Below, in pieces: positions 48,759-59,563 of a stretch of DNA of 64,000 nt. The stretch spans positions 320,001 to 384,000 of the forward strand of contig JASGHG010000001.1 of assembly GCA_047602425.1 (NCBI GenBank). Direction: 5' to 3'. The DNA comes from Nibricoccus sp. (lineage in GTDB: Bacteria; Verrucomicrobiota; Verrucomicrobiia; Opitutales; Opitutaceae). The notes beneath the pieces were generated by a model. The model saw only the letters and a program-made list of their open reading frames with translations, had not been told where the DNA came from and searched no databases. Position numbers and translations under genes: made by a program. Positions within the stretch are counted from its first letter, which is position 1; the number at the start of each line of letters is the position of its first letter.

Positions 48759-51344
48759 ATGCGTACCCTTATCGCTCCCCTGACGGTCTGTGTCGTTGCC
48801 CTTGCGTCCGCTCTTTTCGGCCAAGCCGAACCAGCCGCTCCCTACCTTGACATCTCGCTTCCCGTAGAAACTCGCGTCGCCGACCTTGTCTCACGTCTGA
48901 CGCTCGAGGAAAAGGCCGCGCTCATGATGAACGGTTCGCCCGGCGTCGCGCGCCTCGGCATTCCGAAATACGATTGGTGGAACGAGGCGCTTCACGGCGT
49001 GGCTCGCGCCGGCGAGGCCACTGTTTTTCCCCAAGCCATCGCCCTCGCCGCCATGTGGGACGAGCCATTTATGCAAACGGTCGCCGACGCGATCAGCACC
49101 GAGGCTCGCGCGAAGTATCACGACGCGATTCGACAGGGCAAACATGCACAGTACTACGGGCTCACCTTCTGGACTCCCAATATTAACATTTTCCGCGATC
49201 CGCGCTGGGGCCGGGGCCAGGAGACCTACGGCGAAGATCCTTTTCTTACCGCACGTCTCGGCGTCGCTTTTGTGCGTGGCCTTCAGGGCAACGACCCCCG
49301 CTATCTCAAGACCGCTGCCTGTGCCAAACACTTTGCCATCCACAGCGGTCCGGAATCGTTGCGCCACAATTTCGACGTGTCGCCCAGTCAGGTCGATTTC
49401 CACGATACCTATCTGCCGGCTTTCGAGGCGCTCGTGCGCGAAGCCCGCGTCGAATCCGTGATGACCGCCTACAACGCCGTCTATGGTTATCCCGCCGCGA
49501 TCAGCCCGGTGCTTTACGACATTTTGTATAATCAGTGGCATTTCGATGGCCACGTCGTTTCCGATTGCGGTGCAATCTATGACCTCTCGCGCACCTATAA
49601 AGTCGCGCGCAACGACGCCGAGGCTGAAGCCTTGTCGATCAAGGCTGGTTTGTGTCTGCGTTGCGGCGAAGACAAGCCGGCACTCGCCGAGGGCGTGAAA
49701 AGCGGTTTCATCGCCGAAGCCGATGTGGACCGTCGCCTCGGCCAGCTCCTCCGCACCATGTTCCGCCTCGGCTTCTTCGATCCCGCCGAAAAAGTCGCGT
49801 ATTCAAAAATCCCCTTCAGCGAAAACAACTCCCCCGCCCACGCCGCGCTCGCTCTCGAAGCCGCGCAAAAATCCATCGTCCTGCTCAAAAACGATGGAAC
49901 CCTTCCACTTCGTGCCGAGAAGTTGAAACGGGTCGCCGTCATCGGTCCTAACGCGGCCTCCCTTGCCGCCCTCCTTGGCAACTACAATGGCACGCCTTCC
50001 GCGCCGGTGACTATTCTCGACGGATTCAAATCTGCGGTGGGCAACCAAATCGCCATCGACCACGTCGAGGGCTGTGACTATGTGGCCAGCGATTCCAAAA
50101 TGGTCGCCATTCCGCGCACCTATTTGAGCGCGGGCGAGTACACCGGCCTCAATGGCGAATATTTTCCCAATGCCACGTTTTCCGGCGAGCCGGTCAAACG
50201 CCGTCGCGATCGCCCGGTGGAATTCGATTGGAGCAAAAAGCCGCTTCCCGAAAACATGCCCGCCGAAAATTTCTCCGTGCGCTGGCAGGGCTGGTTGTTG
50301 ACCGGCATTGAAGGTGACTACCAGCTCTCTCTCGAATCAAGTGGCGGCATCCGTTTGTACCTCGGCGAAAAACTGCTGATCGACGATTGGACGCCTGGCA
50401 CAAAAACCAAAACCATCACACAGAACCTGCAAAGTCAGGCGCGCCTGCCGATCCGCGTCGAGTATTTCCACACAGCCGGTCCCGCGCACGTCGCGCTCAA
50501 GTGGCGCGTGCCTGCAGCCACTTCCGGTTTTGCCACCGCCCTGGCCAAGGCCCGCGCCGCCGACGCGATCGTTTTTGTCGGTGGCATCACCGCCCAACTC
50601 GAGGGCGAGGAAATGCAGGTCGATTTCGACGGTTTCGCCGGCGGTGATCGCACCAAGATCGAACTCCCGGCCATTCAGCAGCACTTACTCAAGGAACTAA
50701 AAGCCACCGGCAAACCCATTGCGCTCGTGCTCATGTCGGGCAGCGCCGTTGCGCTTCCTTGGGAACATCAAAACCTCAACGCCATTCTCCAAGCCTGGTA
50801 TCCAGGACAAGCGGGCGGCACCGCCGTCGCCGATGTTCTTTTCGGAAAAACCAATCCCGCCGGCCGTCTCCCCCTCACTTTCTACCGCGCCACCACCGAC
50901 CTGCCTCCTTTCGAAAACTACGACATGGCGGGTCGAACCTATCGTTATTTCAAAGGCCAGCCGCTTTACGCTTTTGGTCACGGGCTCAGTTACACGCGCT
51001 TTGATTACAAAAATCTGCGAGTCGTCAAAACCGCCAATCCCGGCGAACTTTCCGCAACCATCGAGATCGCCAACACCGGCGAGCGCGACGGCGACGAGGT
51101 TGTACAATTCTACGCCCAGGAACCCGCCTCCGCCAAAGCGCCTGCCCTGCGGTCCCTCTGCGGCTTCAAACGCATAACTTTGAAGCGGGGCGAAACCAAA
51201 ACGGTCACGGTCACCCTTCCCGCCACTGCGCTGCGCCGCTGGGATACCGCGAAGAACACTTACGTCATTCACCCGGGCGAATGGAACATCCTGGCCGGGG
51301 CTTCCTCGGCTGACATTCGCGAAACGGTCAAGATCGGCCTGTAA
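48759..51344 (+). CDS. Glycoside hydrolase family 3 (beta-glucosidase/xylosidase) with PA14 and Fn3-like domains
   Basis: WNEALHG, RDPRWGRGQETYGEDP, KHF, VVSDCGA, PA14-like FSVRWQG, FGHGLSYT. Confidence 0.93.
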   Translation: MRTLIAPLTVCVVALASALFGQAEPAAPYLDISLPVETRVADLVSRLTLEEKAALMMNGSPGVARLGIPKYDWWNEALHGVARAGEATVFPQAIALAAMWDEPFMQTVADAISTEARAKYHDAIRQGKHAQYYGLTFWTPNINIFRDPRWGRGQETYGEDPFLTARLGVAFVRGLQGNDPRYLKTAACAKHFAIHSGPESLRHNFDVSPSQVDFHDTYLPAFEALVREARVESVMTAYNAVYGYPAAISPVLYDILYNQWHFDGHVVSDCGAIYDLSRTYKVARNDAEAEALSIKAGLCLRCGEDKPALAEGVKSGFIAEADVDRRLGQLLRTMFRLGFFDPAEKVAYSKIPFSENNSPAHAALALEAAQKSIVLLKNDGTLPLRAEKLKRVAVIGPNAASLAALLGNYNGTPSAPVTILDGFKSAVGNQIAIDHVEGCDYVASDSKMVAIPRTYLSAGEYTGLNGEYFPNATFSGEPVKRRRDRPVEFDWSKKPLPENMPAENFSVRWQGWLLTGIEGDYQLSLESSGGIRLYLGEKLLIDDWTPGTKTKTITQNLQSQARLPIRVEYFHTAGPAHVALKWRVPAATSGFATALAKARAADAIVFVGGITAQLEGEEMQVDFDGFAGGDRTKIELPAIQQHLLKELKATGKPIALVLMSGSAVALPWEHQNLNAILQAWYPGQAGGTAVADVLFGKTNPAGRLPLTFYRATTDLPPFENYDMAGRTYRYFKGQPLYAFGHGLSYTRFDYKNLRVVKTANPGELSATIEIANTGERDGDEVVQFYAQEPASAKAPALRSLCGFKRITLKRGETKTVTVTLPATALRRWDTAKNTYVIHPGEWNILAGASSADIRETVKIGL

Positions 51345-51385
51345 TCTCTTCCGCACTTCTGCCGTAAACGGCGGTCCATGTTTCC

Positions 51386-52348
51386 ATGCACCGCCGCGCC
51401 CTCGTCTTCGTTCTCTGCCTGGCCAATCTCGCCAAGGCCGATACCCCTCCGGCTGCCAAAAGCGAACCGTCCGCTCCGCCCCAAAAACGGTCCTCCGAAA
51501 GCGATGCGCTCTTCGACCTCGGGAAATCCCTGTTCGACGAATATGCGCCACCCGAGATTAAGGAACAGTTCGAATTTCCTTCGAAACAGCAGTGGGATCT
51601 CTTTGCCGCGAAATTGCAGCGTGCGCTCGATGGCGACTCGTTCGAGGATTTGGCCGCCTTCGAACCCCAGGCCCGCGCCGCCCTCCTCGCCCTGCGCACG
51701 ATTCCTGATTGTGAAGATTACGCCGACTGGCTTGAAGAAAAACTCGAACTCATCACCGCCGCCAAACAAATCACGCAACCTGCCCCTCCTCCGAAGCCGG
51801 ACCAACCCAAGCCGCCTGAGCCGCGGGCCGATCTGCCGCAATACGACCTCTGGCTGCAACGCATCAGCGCCCGTCCGCTGCCGCCCAACGCAGAGCGGCT
51901 TCTGCCCATTGTCACCGAACAATTCTCCGCCGTCGGCTCGCCACGCGAACTTGTCTGGGTTGCCGAGGTGGAGTCCACCTTCAATCCTGCCGCCCGCAGT
52001 CCGGCCGGGGCGCGCGGCCTTTACCAACTCATGCCCGAAACCGCCAAGGGTCTCGGCCTGAGCGTCTTTCTGCCCGACGACCGAACCGACCCGAAAAAAA
52101 GCGCCGATGCCGCCGCCCGCTTGCTCAAACGCCTGTATTCAAAATTCGGCGACTGGCCGCTCGCCCTTGCCGCCTACAATGCCGGTGAAGGCCGCGTGAG
52201 CCGCACGCTCACCGCGCGCAAAGCCAAGACCTTCGCCGAAATCGCGCCCGCCCTTTCGGTCGAAACACGCCTTTACGTTCCCAAAGTCCTCGCCACCATC
52301 GCCCACCGCACCGGCACCAAACCCGAGGCGTTATCGGCCCCGCGTTAG
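51386..52348 (+). CDS. Lytic transglycosylase (SLT domain), exported
   Basis: VESTFNP, GARGLYQLMP, ALAAYNAG, ETRLYVPK. Confidence 0.9.
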   Translation: MHRRALVFVLCLANLAKADTPPAAKSEPSAPPQKRSSESDALFDLGKSLFDEYAPPEIKEQFEFPSKQQWDLFAAKLQRALDGDSFEDLAAFEPQARAALLALRTIPDCEDYADWLEEKLELITAAKQITQPAPPPKPDQPKPPEPRADLPQYDLWLQRISARPLPPNAERLLPIVTEQFSAVGSPRELVWVAEVESTFNPAARSPAGARGLYQLMPETAKGLGLSVFLPDDRTDPKKSADAAARLLKRLYSKFGDWPLALAAYNAGEGRVSRTLTARKAKTFAEIAPALSVETRLYVPKVLATIAHRTGTKPEALSAPR

Positions 52349-52350
52349 CA

Positions 52351-52416
52351 TGGAGGGCCGACTTTCACGTCGGCATGCCGCTGGAGTAAATGGCCCACGT
52401 GGAAGTCGGCCCTCCA
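52351..52416. repeat. REP-like inverted pair
   Basis: TGGAGGGCCGACTTTCACGT ... ACGTGGAAGTCGGCCCTCCA; related single copy at about 53257-53282. Confidence 0.7.
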
Positions 52417-52443
52417 TCGGGAAAACAGAAAACCATACACGCG

Positions 52444-52474
52444 AAAAGCCCGCACCGTTTTCCGATGCGGGCTT
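52444..52474 (-). terminator. Terminator downstream of the TonB-like gene
   Basis: AAGCCCGCA...TGCGGGCTT with an A-run on the left. Confidence 0.65.
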
Positions 52475-52500
52475 ACTACCCCTGCTAGACCAAAAACCGT

Positions 52501-53190
52501 TTATTCGCTTAGGCTAAAAACAACCGGCAGACTCATTCGGAAACGCACCGGCAGGCCTTTGTGTTTACCCGGAACGAATCGCCACTCCGAAACCGCAGCG
52601 ACCGTCGCGTCATCGAAACCGCGGTGCGTTGACTTGATCACCTTCACGTTCTGCACGCGGCCGTTTTCCATAACGATAAACTCAACCCAAACCGTGCCGG
52701 TCGCGCCGGAGCTCCGCAGCGCGGCGGGATAAACCGGCTCCTTCTGATAGCGCGTGGCTGGCGGCGCATCGAGTGAAGTTGGATTGAAGATGCCATTGCC
52801 TGAACCCGAACCACCACCATCGCCCCAGCCACGCAGTTTTCCTGGAATTTTGTCGCCCGGGCCGATGGGGACCGGATCGTAGGTCTGGCGCATGCGTCCG
52901 TCGTCAATGCCGTAGTCGGTAGGCGGAAGTTCGGGGATTCCCGGCGGATGCAATACTTCTTCGGTCGTTTCGCCCCCACTCTCTTTATTGTCAGCTATAT
53001 TCTTAACCTCTTCGTTCACCACCTGCACAACACGGTCAAAAATATCCTTTTCGGGCGGCTTGGGTGAGTCCTTCGGCGTAGACGTAATTGCAACAGTGCC
53101 GGCCGGCGGCGGCTTTCCCGAACCAACGAAAAAGATTAAAGCATGGACGGCCAGGGCCAGCGCGGCGGGAAGTGCGTATTTGCGGTTCAT
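52501..53190 (-). CDS. TonB-family energy transducer
   Basis: N-terminal anchor with His (LAVHAL), Pro-rich linker, C-terminal PVYP...G.V.VEFIV..G.V...WRF.PG. Confidence 0.88.
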   Translation of the reverse strand: MNRKYALPAALALAVHALIFFVGSGKPPPAGTVAITSTPKDSPKPPEKDIFDRVVQVVNEEVKNIADNKESGGETTEEVLHPPGIPELPPTDYGIDDGRMRQTYDPVPIGPGDKIPGKLRGWGDGGGSGSGNGIFNPTSLDAPPATRYQKEPVYPAALRSSGATGTVWVEFIVMENGRVQNVKVIKSTHRGFDDATVAAVSEWRFVPGKHKGLPVRFRMSLPVVFSLSE

Positions 53191-53349
53191 GGGGTTCCTT
53201 TGGTTGAGTGTTCATAAAGGAAACGCGCGACCGCGGCGTTTATTACTGAAAACTTATGGAGGACCGACTTTCATGTGGGCCCTTGCCGAAGGGCCTGAGC
53301 AAGCTCAGGCCTACCACAAACCGCCCTCCCGTCGGGCGCGGCCTTGGTC

Positions 53350-54048
53350 CTACTCCGTAACACCGCTAAACGGATGCGCCGAGACGCGATCGACTATGAC
53401 ACGGGCCTTTTCCCAGGCGGCGATGAAACGCAGTCCCGCCGCCGAACCATCGAATTGGAGTACCAGGTCGTCGAGATCCCGGAGTTGTTCGATCAATGCA
53501 GCGGTGTCGGTTTCGAGTTCGCGCAAGAGGGTGCTACGGGTGATGGCTGGTCCCCGAGGTTTCCGACGAAGGGCGTCGAATGCCTCGATGGCTTGCGTTA
53601 ATCCCTCGATCCGCAACGTCGTTATTCCTAAAAATGCCGCCTTTTCTTCGGCTTGGGCGACACGCGCCAAATCGCGAATGGCGGTGGCCCTGGCGATCAG
53701 TTCGTTTTCCCGCAGGCGCACGATTTGCGTCAGCGACAAGTCGGCCTCCGCATGTCGGTCGAGGTCGTTGGATTTCCGAAAGTGGACCGCCAGCGCGCGG
53801 GTGAGCACGTAAGCCGCGTTTTCCAAGGTTGTTTCAGCCTGCGCCCTGACATCGCTCGCGCCACCTTTGGCGGTATCGGCGAGTGCGGCTTTCCCCAGCG
53901 CGATTTTATATCCAGCCTCAATGGAGGTGAGATCGACGCCAAAATGGCTCGGATCCCTCCCGAGCCAAACCAAGGAGTGCCCGCGGCTCTGAGCGACGCG
54001 CAGGCAGGTGCCGATCATATTGAGCTGATTCGACAGACGAATATTCAT
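53350..54048 (-). CDS. Hypothetical helical protein
   Basis: 232-aa ORF with amphipathic helices; no motif recognised. Confidence 0.7.
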   Translation of the reverse strand: MNIRLSNQLNMIGTCLRVAQSRGHSLVWLGRDPSHFGVDLTSIEAGYKIALGKAALADTAKGGASDVRAQAETTLENAAYVLTRALAVHFRKSNDLDRHAEADLSLTQIVRLRENELIARATAIRDLARVAQAEEKAAFLGITTLRIEGLTQAIEAFDALRRKPRGPAITRSTLLRELETDTAALIEQLRDLDDLVLQFDGSAAGLRFIAAWEKARVIVDRVSAHPFSGVTE

Positions 54049-54272
54049 GTGTGGTGATGTGTGGTTGCGTGGTCCTCCGGTTGCGCGCTGCCTTCTTTTT
54101 TCTCAAACAAGCAGAAGAACCTCGCCGCCACCGGGAGTGTTCGCATCGACCGGGTTTGGGAGGGTTGGTTCCAAGCGAGCGGTTATTGTAAACGCTTTGC
54201 TGACGGGGAAGTTAATTTCCCGCAGACAAAAATTTTCCGTACGCAGCCTTTACGCTTTTCCCGCAAGGCCGC

Positions 54273-55184
54273 TTAAAGCGCCTCAAGTTCCACCGCCGCC
54301 ACTGCGCGGTTGCGTCCGCGAGCTTTGGCCTCATAGAGCGCTTTGTCGGCCACTTTCACCAATGTTACGGTATCGCCCGCGTTTTTCGGCATCGAGGCCG
54401 AACCAGCGCTCAGAGTCACCAGTCGCGCCGTGCCGTCGGCCAAGATGACGGGTTTTCCCGACATCATTTCCACCAAGCGGCGCGCCACTTCGCCCGCCGT
54501 GACATGGTCGACTTCGGTCAAAACCACAGCAAATTCCTCGCCGCCGATGCGCGCGCAGCGATCCACGCTCCGCAATTGTTGCCGGATGCGTTTCGCCACG
54601 GTTTGAAGCACGAGGTCGCCCGCAGGGTGCCCGTGGGTGTCGTTGATGCTTTTGAAGTGATCCAGATCGAGCATCACGATCGCATACGAGCGGCCAAAAC
54701 GTTTCGCGCGTTCGTGCTCTTCGCTAATGATGCGGTCGAATTCGCGACGATTCAGCAGACCCGTCAGTTGATCGTGCGTGGCCAGTTGCCGCATGGCCTC
54801 AAGTGTATCACTGAGCTTGAGCGCGTACCGCAGGGTGCGTTCGAGCGTGCGGGTGTTGATTTCGCCTTTGATCAAATAGTCGATCGCGCCGGCTTCCATG
54901 GCCTGCATATCCACTTTTTCGTCTTTTTCGGCCGTGAGAAAAATAATGGGCACGCGGCAACCAGCCGCCTGAGCCGCGCGCAGGAGCATGAGGCCATCGC
55001 GTTCGCCGAGTTGATAATCGAGCAGACAAACCGAGTAGTCGCCATGCAGCAGTTTTTGCAGGCCGGCTTCGTAATTATCGACCCAGTCGACGACGAACTT
55101 CTCCAGCCAGAATTGTCCAAGGCTGGCCGCAGTGAGTTTGCACTGCAAACGATCGTCGTCGATGAGGAGAACACGCCGGGGCAT
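54273..55184 (-). CDS. Response-regulator diguanylate cyclase (REC-GGDEF)
   Basis: LLIDDD, LLDY; DQLTGLLNRR, DLDHFK..ND..GH..GD, RSVD I-site, GGEEF. Confidence 0.93.
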   Translation of the reverse strand: MPRRVLLIDDDRLQCKLTAASLGQFWLEKFVVDWVDNYEAGLQKLLHGDYSVCLLDYQLGERDGLMLLRAAQAAGCRVPIIFLTAEKDEKVDMQAMEAGAIDYLIKGEINTRTLERTLRYALKLSDTLEAMRQLATHDQLTGLLNRREFDRIISEEHERAKRFGRSYAIVMLDLDHFKSINDTHGHPAGDLVLQTVAKRIRQQLRSVDRCARIGGEEFAVVLTEVDHVTAGEVARRLVEMMSGKPVILADGTARLVTLSAGSASMPKNAGDTVTLVKVADKALYEAKARGRNRAVAAVELEAL

Positions 55185-55202
55185 GGCGGAGCTATGACGG
55201 TT

Positions 55203-56006
55203 TTATCTGCGCAGGCCCAGCGCAAAATCCACGGCTTTTGAGGCCAACGCCGGAGCGATGCGGTCGCGTTGTGTAAGGTTGTCGCGGATACAATTCACCA
55301 ACGCGCTGCCTATCACCACGCCGTCGGCATGTGCGGCGATCTGAGAAACATGAGCGCGGGTCGAAACACCAAAACCAACCACCACCGGCAAGCCTTTGGC
55401 TGCGGCTTTGATGCGGGCCACCGCCTCGGGGACGTTTGCGGCAACTTGGTCGCGCACCCCCGTCACGCCTTCGCGCGAAACATAGTAGATGAACCCCGTT
55501 GCCACCGCTGTAATCTTCGGCAGACGCGAATCGGGCGTGGTCGGTGCCACGATGAAAATGGTTTTCATATCATGCTTGCGGCAGGCTTCCATGACTTCGC
55601 CCGCCTCTTCCGGTGGCAAGTCCAGCGTGAGCATGCCGTCGACTCCGGCTTCACGCGCGGCGCGGACGTAGGCTTCGACGCCATTGGCGAAAACAAGATT
55701 GTAATACGTATAGAATACAATCGGCACTTGGCTGAAGGCGCGGATGCGTCGAACCAGTTCAAAAACCTTCGCCGCATTCATCCCGCTTTCAAGCGCCCGC
55801 TGGGCAGCCAGCTGATTTGTCAGTCCATCCGCCAGAGGATCAGAAAAAGGCACGCCGAGTTCGAGCACGTCGACGCCGTTTTCCAACAACGCGCGGCAGG
55901 CGGCAAGCGATGTCTCCAAATCCGGATCGCCCGCGCAAAGATAGGCCACGAAACAGGCGCGGTTTTCAGAGCGGGCACGGGCGAAGGTTTGGGCGATGCG
56001 ATCCAT
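55203..56006 (-). CDS. trpA: Tryptophan synthase alpha chain
   Basis: ELGVPFSDPLADG, YYN, DLPPEE, SREGVTG, VGFGV, GSA. Confidence 0.96.
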   Translation of the reverse strand: MDRIAQTFARARSENRACFVAYLCAGDPDLETSLAACRALLENGVDVLELGVPFSDPLADGLTNQLAAQRALESGMNAAKVFELVRRIRAFSQVPIVFYTYYNLVFANGVEAYVRAAREAGVDGMLTLDLPPEEAGEVMEACRKHDMKTIFIVAPTTPDSRLPKITAVATGFIYYVSREGVTGVRDQVAANVPEAVARIKAAAKGLPVVVGFGVSTRAHVSQIAAHADGVVIGSALVNCIRDNLTQRDRIAPALASKAVDFALGLRR

Positions 56007-56211
56007 GGATTTTAAAAATACGCCCGCAGTGGGCGCAGAGGCGACAACTGACAAAAGACCGGCCCGGCGCAAAGCGATTTTTTCGTCGCAGGCCCAGTGA
56101 GCGGTTTTGGCCTCGGGCACAGTTGCGAAGCAACTGCCGCGTCAGAGGGAAACGCGTTCCCGGAAATGGCCTGAGGAGAGGTAGTCGGCTCTCCCCGGCG
56201 CGTCGGTCCGT

Positions 56212-56976
56212 TCACTTCATCAGCTCTTTTACCGTGGGAGCGATCGCTGCGGTCCAACGACGGTAACCTTCCTCGGTGAGATGCAAGGCATCCTCCGATA
56301 CGGCCTTCGAAAGCGTGCCATCGGGCTCAAGAAAAACTTTCCCTATATCGCGCACGAAAACCGTTTTCCCGTCATCCAATTTCATGAGGTTGGCATTGAT
56401 CTTCGCGATGGTTGCCCGCACCGGCGCGTCGGCTTTTTGGTCACGCGGAAAGATTCCCAAAAGCAAAACTTTCGCCGACGGGTACCCCGCGCGCAATTTT
56501 GCCACCACGGCCGACACGCCACGCGTGATATCGCCGACATCGTCTGGCGTGGTCCAAAGGTTGTTCGTCCCGATCAACAAGACCACCAGCTTCGGCTTCA
56601 ACGCGCCGACTTCGCCGTTTTCGAGGCGCCAAAGCACATTTTGCGTGCGGTCGCCACCGATGCCGAAGTTCACGTATCGATAATCGCCGAAGGTCTTTTG
56701 CCAGCTTTCGCTCCAGCGCGCCATCTCCGTGATCGAGTCGCCTTGAAAGACCAAATCAGCCTCGCCCTTCGCCGCCAACGCGACGCTGGCCGCATGCATT
56801 TCGTTCCAGCGTTCGAGCGACATCCAGGGATAACTGCGGTCGCGCGGCACAGGTTTGACTGGATCGCTAGAGGGAGGCGGTGGTTCGGTGACGGGCTTGT
56901 TCTCGGCCAGCGAAATGCCGGCCGCGCTGAGGCAAAAGGTCATGATAAAAATCTTTCCGATTCGTGAATGGGGCAT
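56212..56976 (-). CDS. SGNH/GDSL hydrolase (acetylesterase-like), exported
   Basis: GDSIT, NFGIGGD, IGTNN, DALH. Confidence 0.9.
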   Translation of the reverse strand: MPHSRIGKIFIMTFCLSAAGISLAENKPVTEPPPPSSDPVKPVPRDRSYPWMSLERWNEMHAASVALAAKGEADLVFQGDSITEMARWSESWQKTFGDYRYVNFGIGGDRTQNVLWRLENGEVGALKPKLVVLLIGTNNLWTTPDDVGDITRGVSAVVAKLRAGYPSAKVLLLGIFPRDQKADAPVRATIAKINANLMKLDDGKTVFVRDIGKVFLEPDGTLSKAVSEDALHLTEEGYRRWTAAIAPTVKELMK

Positions 56977-57164
56977 GACGGTGAAATGACAGACCGCGCG
57001 CTTCACCGCCAGCCTTTCAAAAACCCGGGCCTTAAGAATGCCGCGCCAGTATTTGAGTTTGTTTGCCCGCACCTCTGAAATCGCCAAAAATCACGCCATC
57101 GACAACCGGCCCGCAACCGCGCTCAATTTTCCCCGCGCTTAATCCCCTCCTCCGTATTGTTGCC

Positions 57165-58376
57165 ATGAAAAAACTTCTCGCACTCTTCCTCTGCTTCGCC
57201 GCGCCTGCCTTCGCGCAAAAATTCGAAGGGCTCGCCCTCACCCCTCCGATGGGTTTCAACACTTGGAACACTTTCGCCAAGGACATCAACGAGGTCCTCA
57301 TCATGCAGACGGCCGACACCATGGTGAAAAATGGCATGCGCGACGCCGGTTATACGTACATCGTGCTCGATGACTGCTGGTCGCTCAAGGAGCGCGACGC
57401 GCTAGGGAACCTTGTGCCAGATCCAACCAAATTTCCGTCCGGCATGAAAGCCCTCGGCGATTTCCTGCACGCCCGCGGTTTCAAATTCGGCATTTATGGC
57501 TGCGCTGGCTCCAAGACCTGCGGCGGGTATCCCGGCAGCCAGGGCCATGAATATCAAGATGCGCTCCTGTTCGCTTCTTGGGGCGTCGATTATCTCAAAT
57601 ATGATTGGTGCTACACCGCCACGCGCGATCCCCGTGAAGCTTACACGACCATGCGCGATGCCCTCTATGCCGCGAAGCGTCCGGTCGTTTTCAGTATTTG
57701 CGAATGGGGCGGAAGCAAACCATGGGAATGGGCCAAAGATGTCGGCCATCTCTGGCGCACCACCGGCGATATCACGGATTGCTATGATTGCGTCCAACGC
57801 TGGGAGCGCGGCTGGAAAGTCATTCTCGATCTTCAGCGCACCCTTGTGCAGCCGAACGACGGACAGAATAACGGCATCGGCAAATTCGCCGGCCCCGGCC
57901 ATTGGAACGATCCCGACATGCTCGAAGTCGGCAACGAGGGACTGACCTTCGCCGAATCCCGCGCCCACTTTTCGATGTGGTGCATGCTCGCCGCGCCGCT
58001 CATGGCCGGCAATGACGTGCGCAAAATGTCCCCCGAGATTCTCGCCCTCATGACGGACAAGGAAGCGCTCGCCATCGATCAGGACTCGCTCGGCAAGGCC
58101 GCCTGGCCCTTCCGCACTGAACCTGGCCGCGAAATTTGGGTGCGCGAACTTTCCAATGGCGACTGGGCGCTCGCCCTCCTCAATACCGGCGACAAACCCG
58201 CCGATCTCACGGTCGACTTCGGCCCCATGTGGTTCCTCGGCGGCAAATGCCAGCTTCGCGATATCTGGGATAAAAAGGATGCCGGCACGACCGAAAAGCA
58301 TTTCATCAAGCGCCTCGAGTCCCACGACGTTGCCCTCCTCCGGCTCAAGCCGATCAAAGAGCCAGCGGTAAAATAA
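57165..58376 (+). CDS. Alpha-galactosidase, GH27
   Basis: TPPMGFNTWN, LDDCW, YLKYDWC, WRTTGDI, WNDPDML. Confidence 0.94.
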   Translation: MKKLLALFLCFAAPAFAQKFEGLALTPPMGFNTWNTFAKDINEVLIMQTADTMVKNGMRDAGYTYIVLDDCWSLKERDALGNLVPDPTKFPSGMKALGDFLHARGFKFGIYGCAGSKTCGGYPGSQGHEYQDALLFASWGVDYLKYDWCYTATRDPREAYTTMRDALYAAKRPVVFSICEWGGSKPWEWAKDVGHLWRTTGDITDCYDCVQRWERGWKVILDLQRTLVQPNDGQNNGIGKFAGPGHWNDPDMLEVGNEGLTFAESRAHFSMWCMLAAPLMAGNDVRKMSPEILALMTDKEALAIDQDSLGKAAWPFRTEPGREIWVRELSNGDWALALLNTGDKPADLTVDFGPMWFLGGKCQLRDIWDKKDAGTTEKHFIKRLESHDVALLRLKPIKEPAVK

Positions 58377-58437
58377 CCACCAGCAAGATCCATCCGCCTT
58401 TGCCGCGCTTCTTTTAACGCTGCGTCGCCGTCATTGG

Positions 58438-59118
58438 CTATTTGTCGGTCGTCACCCGCGTACTGCCCTCGATGACACCCGTGGCTATTGCGTGGCGGGT
58501 CAGTCCGGCGGTGTGGTGAATATCAAGCTTGTCCATCAGCCGTTGCCGGTGTTTTTCCACGGTTTTGATGCTAATGCCTAGTTCGGCCGCGACTTGTTTG
58601 TTGGCGGCACCCTCGGCGACGAGTTGCAGAACTTCGACCTCGCGTGAGGTCAAGGGTCGTTTCGACTTGGTTTTGGCCGCGCCGCTTTCGGGCCGGCTTC
58701 GCCCGATGGTTCCTATCCTGCCGGCAATCGATGAACTGAAAAAGGAGCGCCCGTCGGCGATTTCCCGCACGGCTTGAACAAGTACTTGGCCGGAGTTTTG
58801 TTTCAAAAGATAACCGGATACACCGATCGAGATCATATGGGCGACGTATTCGTCGTCGCTGTGGGCGGAGAGTACGAGAATCTTCGTTTCAGGCGCCGAA
58901 AACAGGATCTGGCGAGCGGCTTCGAAGCCGTTGAGCAAGGGCATGGCGATGTCCATCACAACAATGTTGGGCCGAAGTTTTCGCGCCAATTCCACCGCCT
59001 GACGCCCATTTGCCGCTTCGCCGACTACTTCAAAATTTTTGTCCATCTCCAACAGTGTCCGCAGTCCTTCACGGACGATGGCGTGATCTTCTGCCAGCAA
59101 CACCGTTGTTTTTTTCAT
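58438..59118 (-). CDS. NarL/LuxR-family response regulator
   Basis: LLAEDH, MDIAMP, LTSREVEVL, NKQVA.ELGISIKTVEKH. Confidence 0.94.
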   Translation of the reverse strand: MKKTTVLLAEDHAIVREGLRTLLEMDKNFEVVGEAANGRQAVELARKLRPNIVVMDIAMPLLNGFEAARQILFSAPETKILVLSAHSDDEYVAHMISIGVSGYLLKQNSGQVLVQAVREIADGRSFFSSSIAGRIGTIGRSRPESGAAKTKSKRPLTSREVEVLQLVAEGAANKQVAAELGISIKTVEKHRQRLMDKLDIHHTAGLTRHAIATGVIEGSTRVTTDK

Positions 59119-59563
59119 GCGCGTACCCTTCGGCGGTTCTCGCCAAACGGAACATCGCTGGGAGCGAAAGAACTGCCGCGTTGAGCTCTTCGCCGCTGTA
59201 GGCGATGTTGCGACGCTGCTTGGCAACGGGTGACGGTTTTTATTTGTGGGGTATGGGCCATGGCAGCTGTTTTTCCAGCGCGCCAGGTGACTACGTAGCA
59301 CCTTGCGACTCTCGCCCAGCGATATTTAGCGAAAATCGACTCAATACCTGCGCAAGCGAAAACTATTCAAACCAAGAATCGTTTGCGAGCCCTCGTTTAT
59401 GGGGTAAAGACCTACCGCTATGTTAGCTCTCCTGCCTGCAAGAAGATCGGTGGGTTAATACCCCATACTACTTCCTGCTCATGAAGAGTATGGTCGCGGC
59501 GCGAGGGAATATTCCATGCCGCTCCTCTTGGAGCAGCGCCTTCAACGAACGCTTCACAACAAC

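Noticed and set aside
8155..58376. Polysaccharide utilisation locus
   Set aside because: The CAZyme genes are scattered among housekeeping genes with no linked transporter or regulator.
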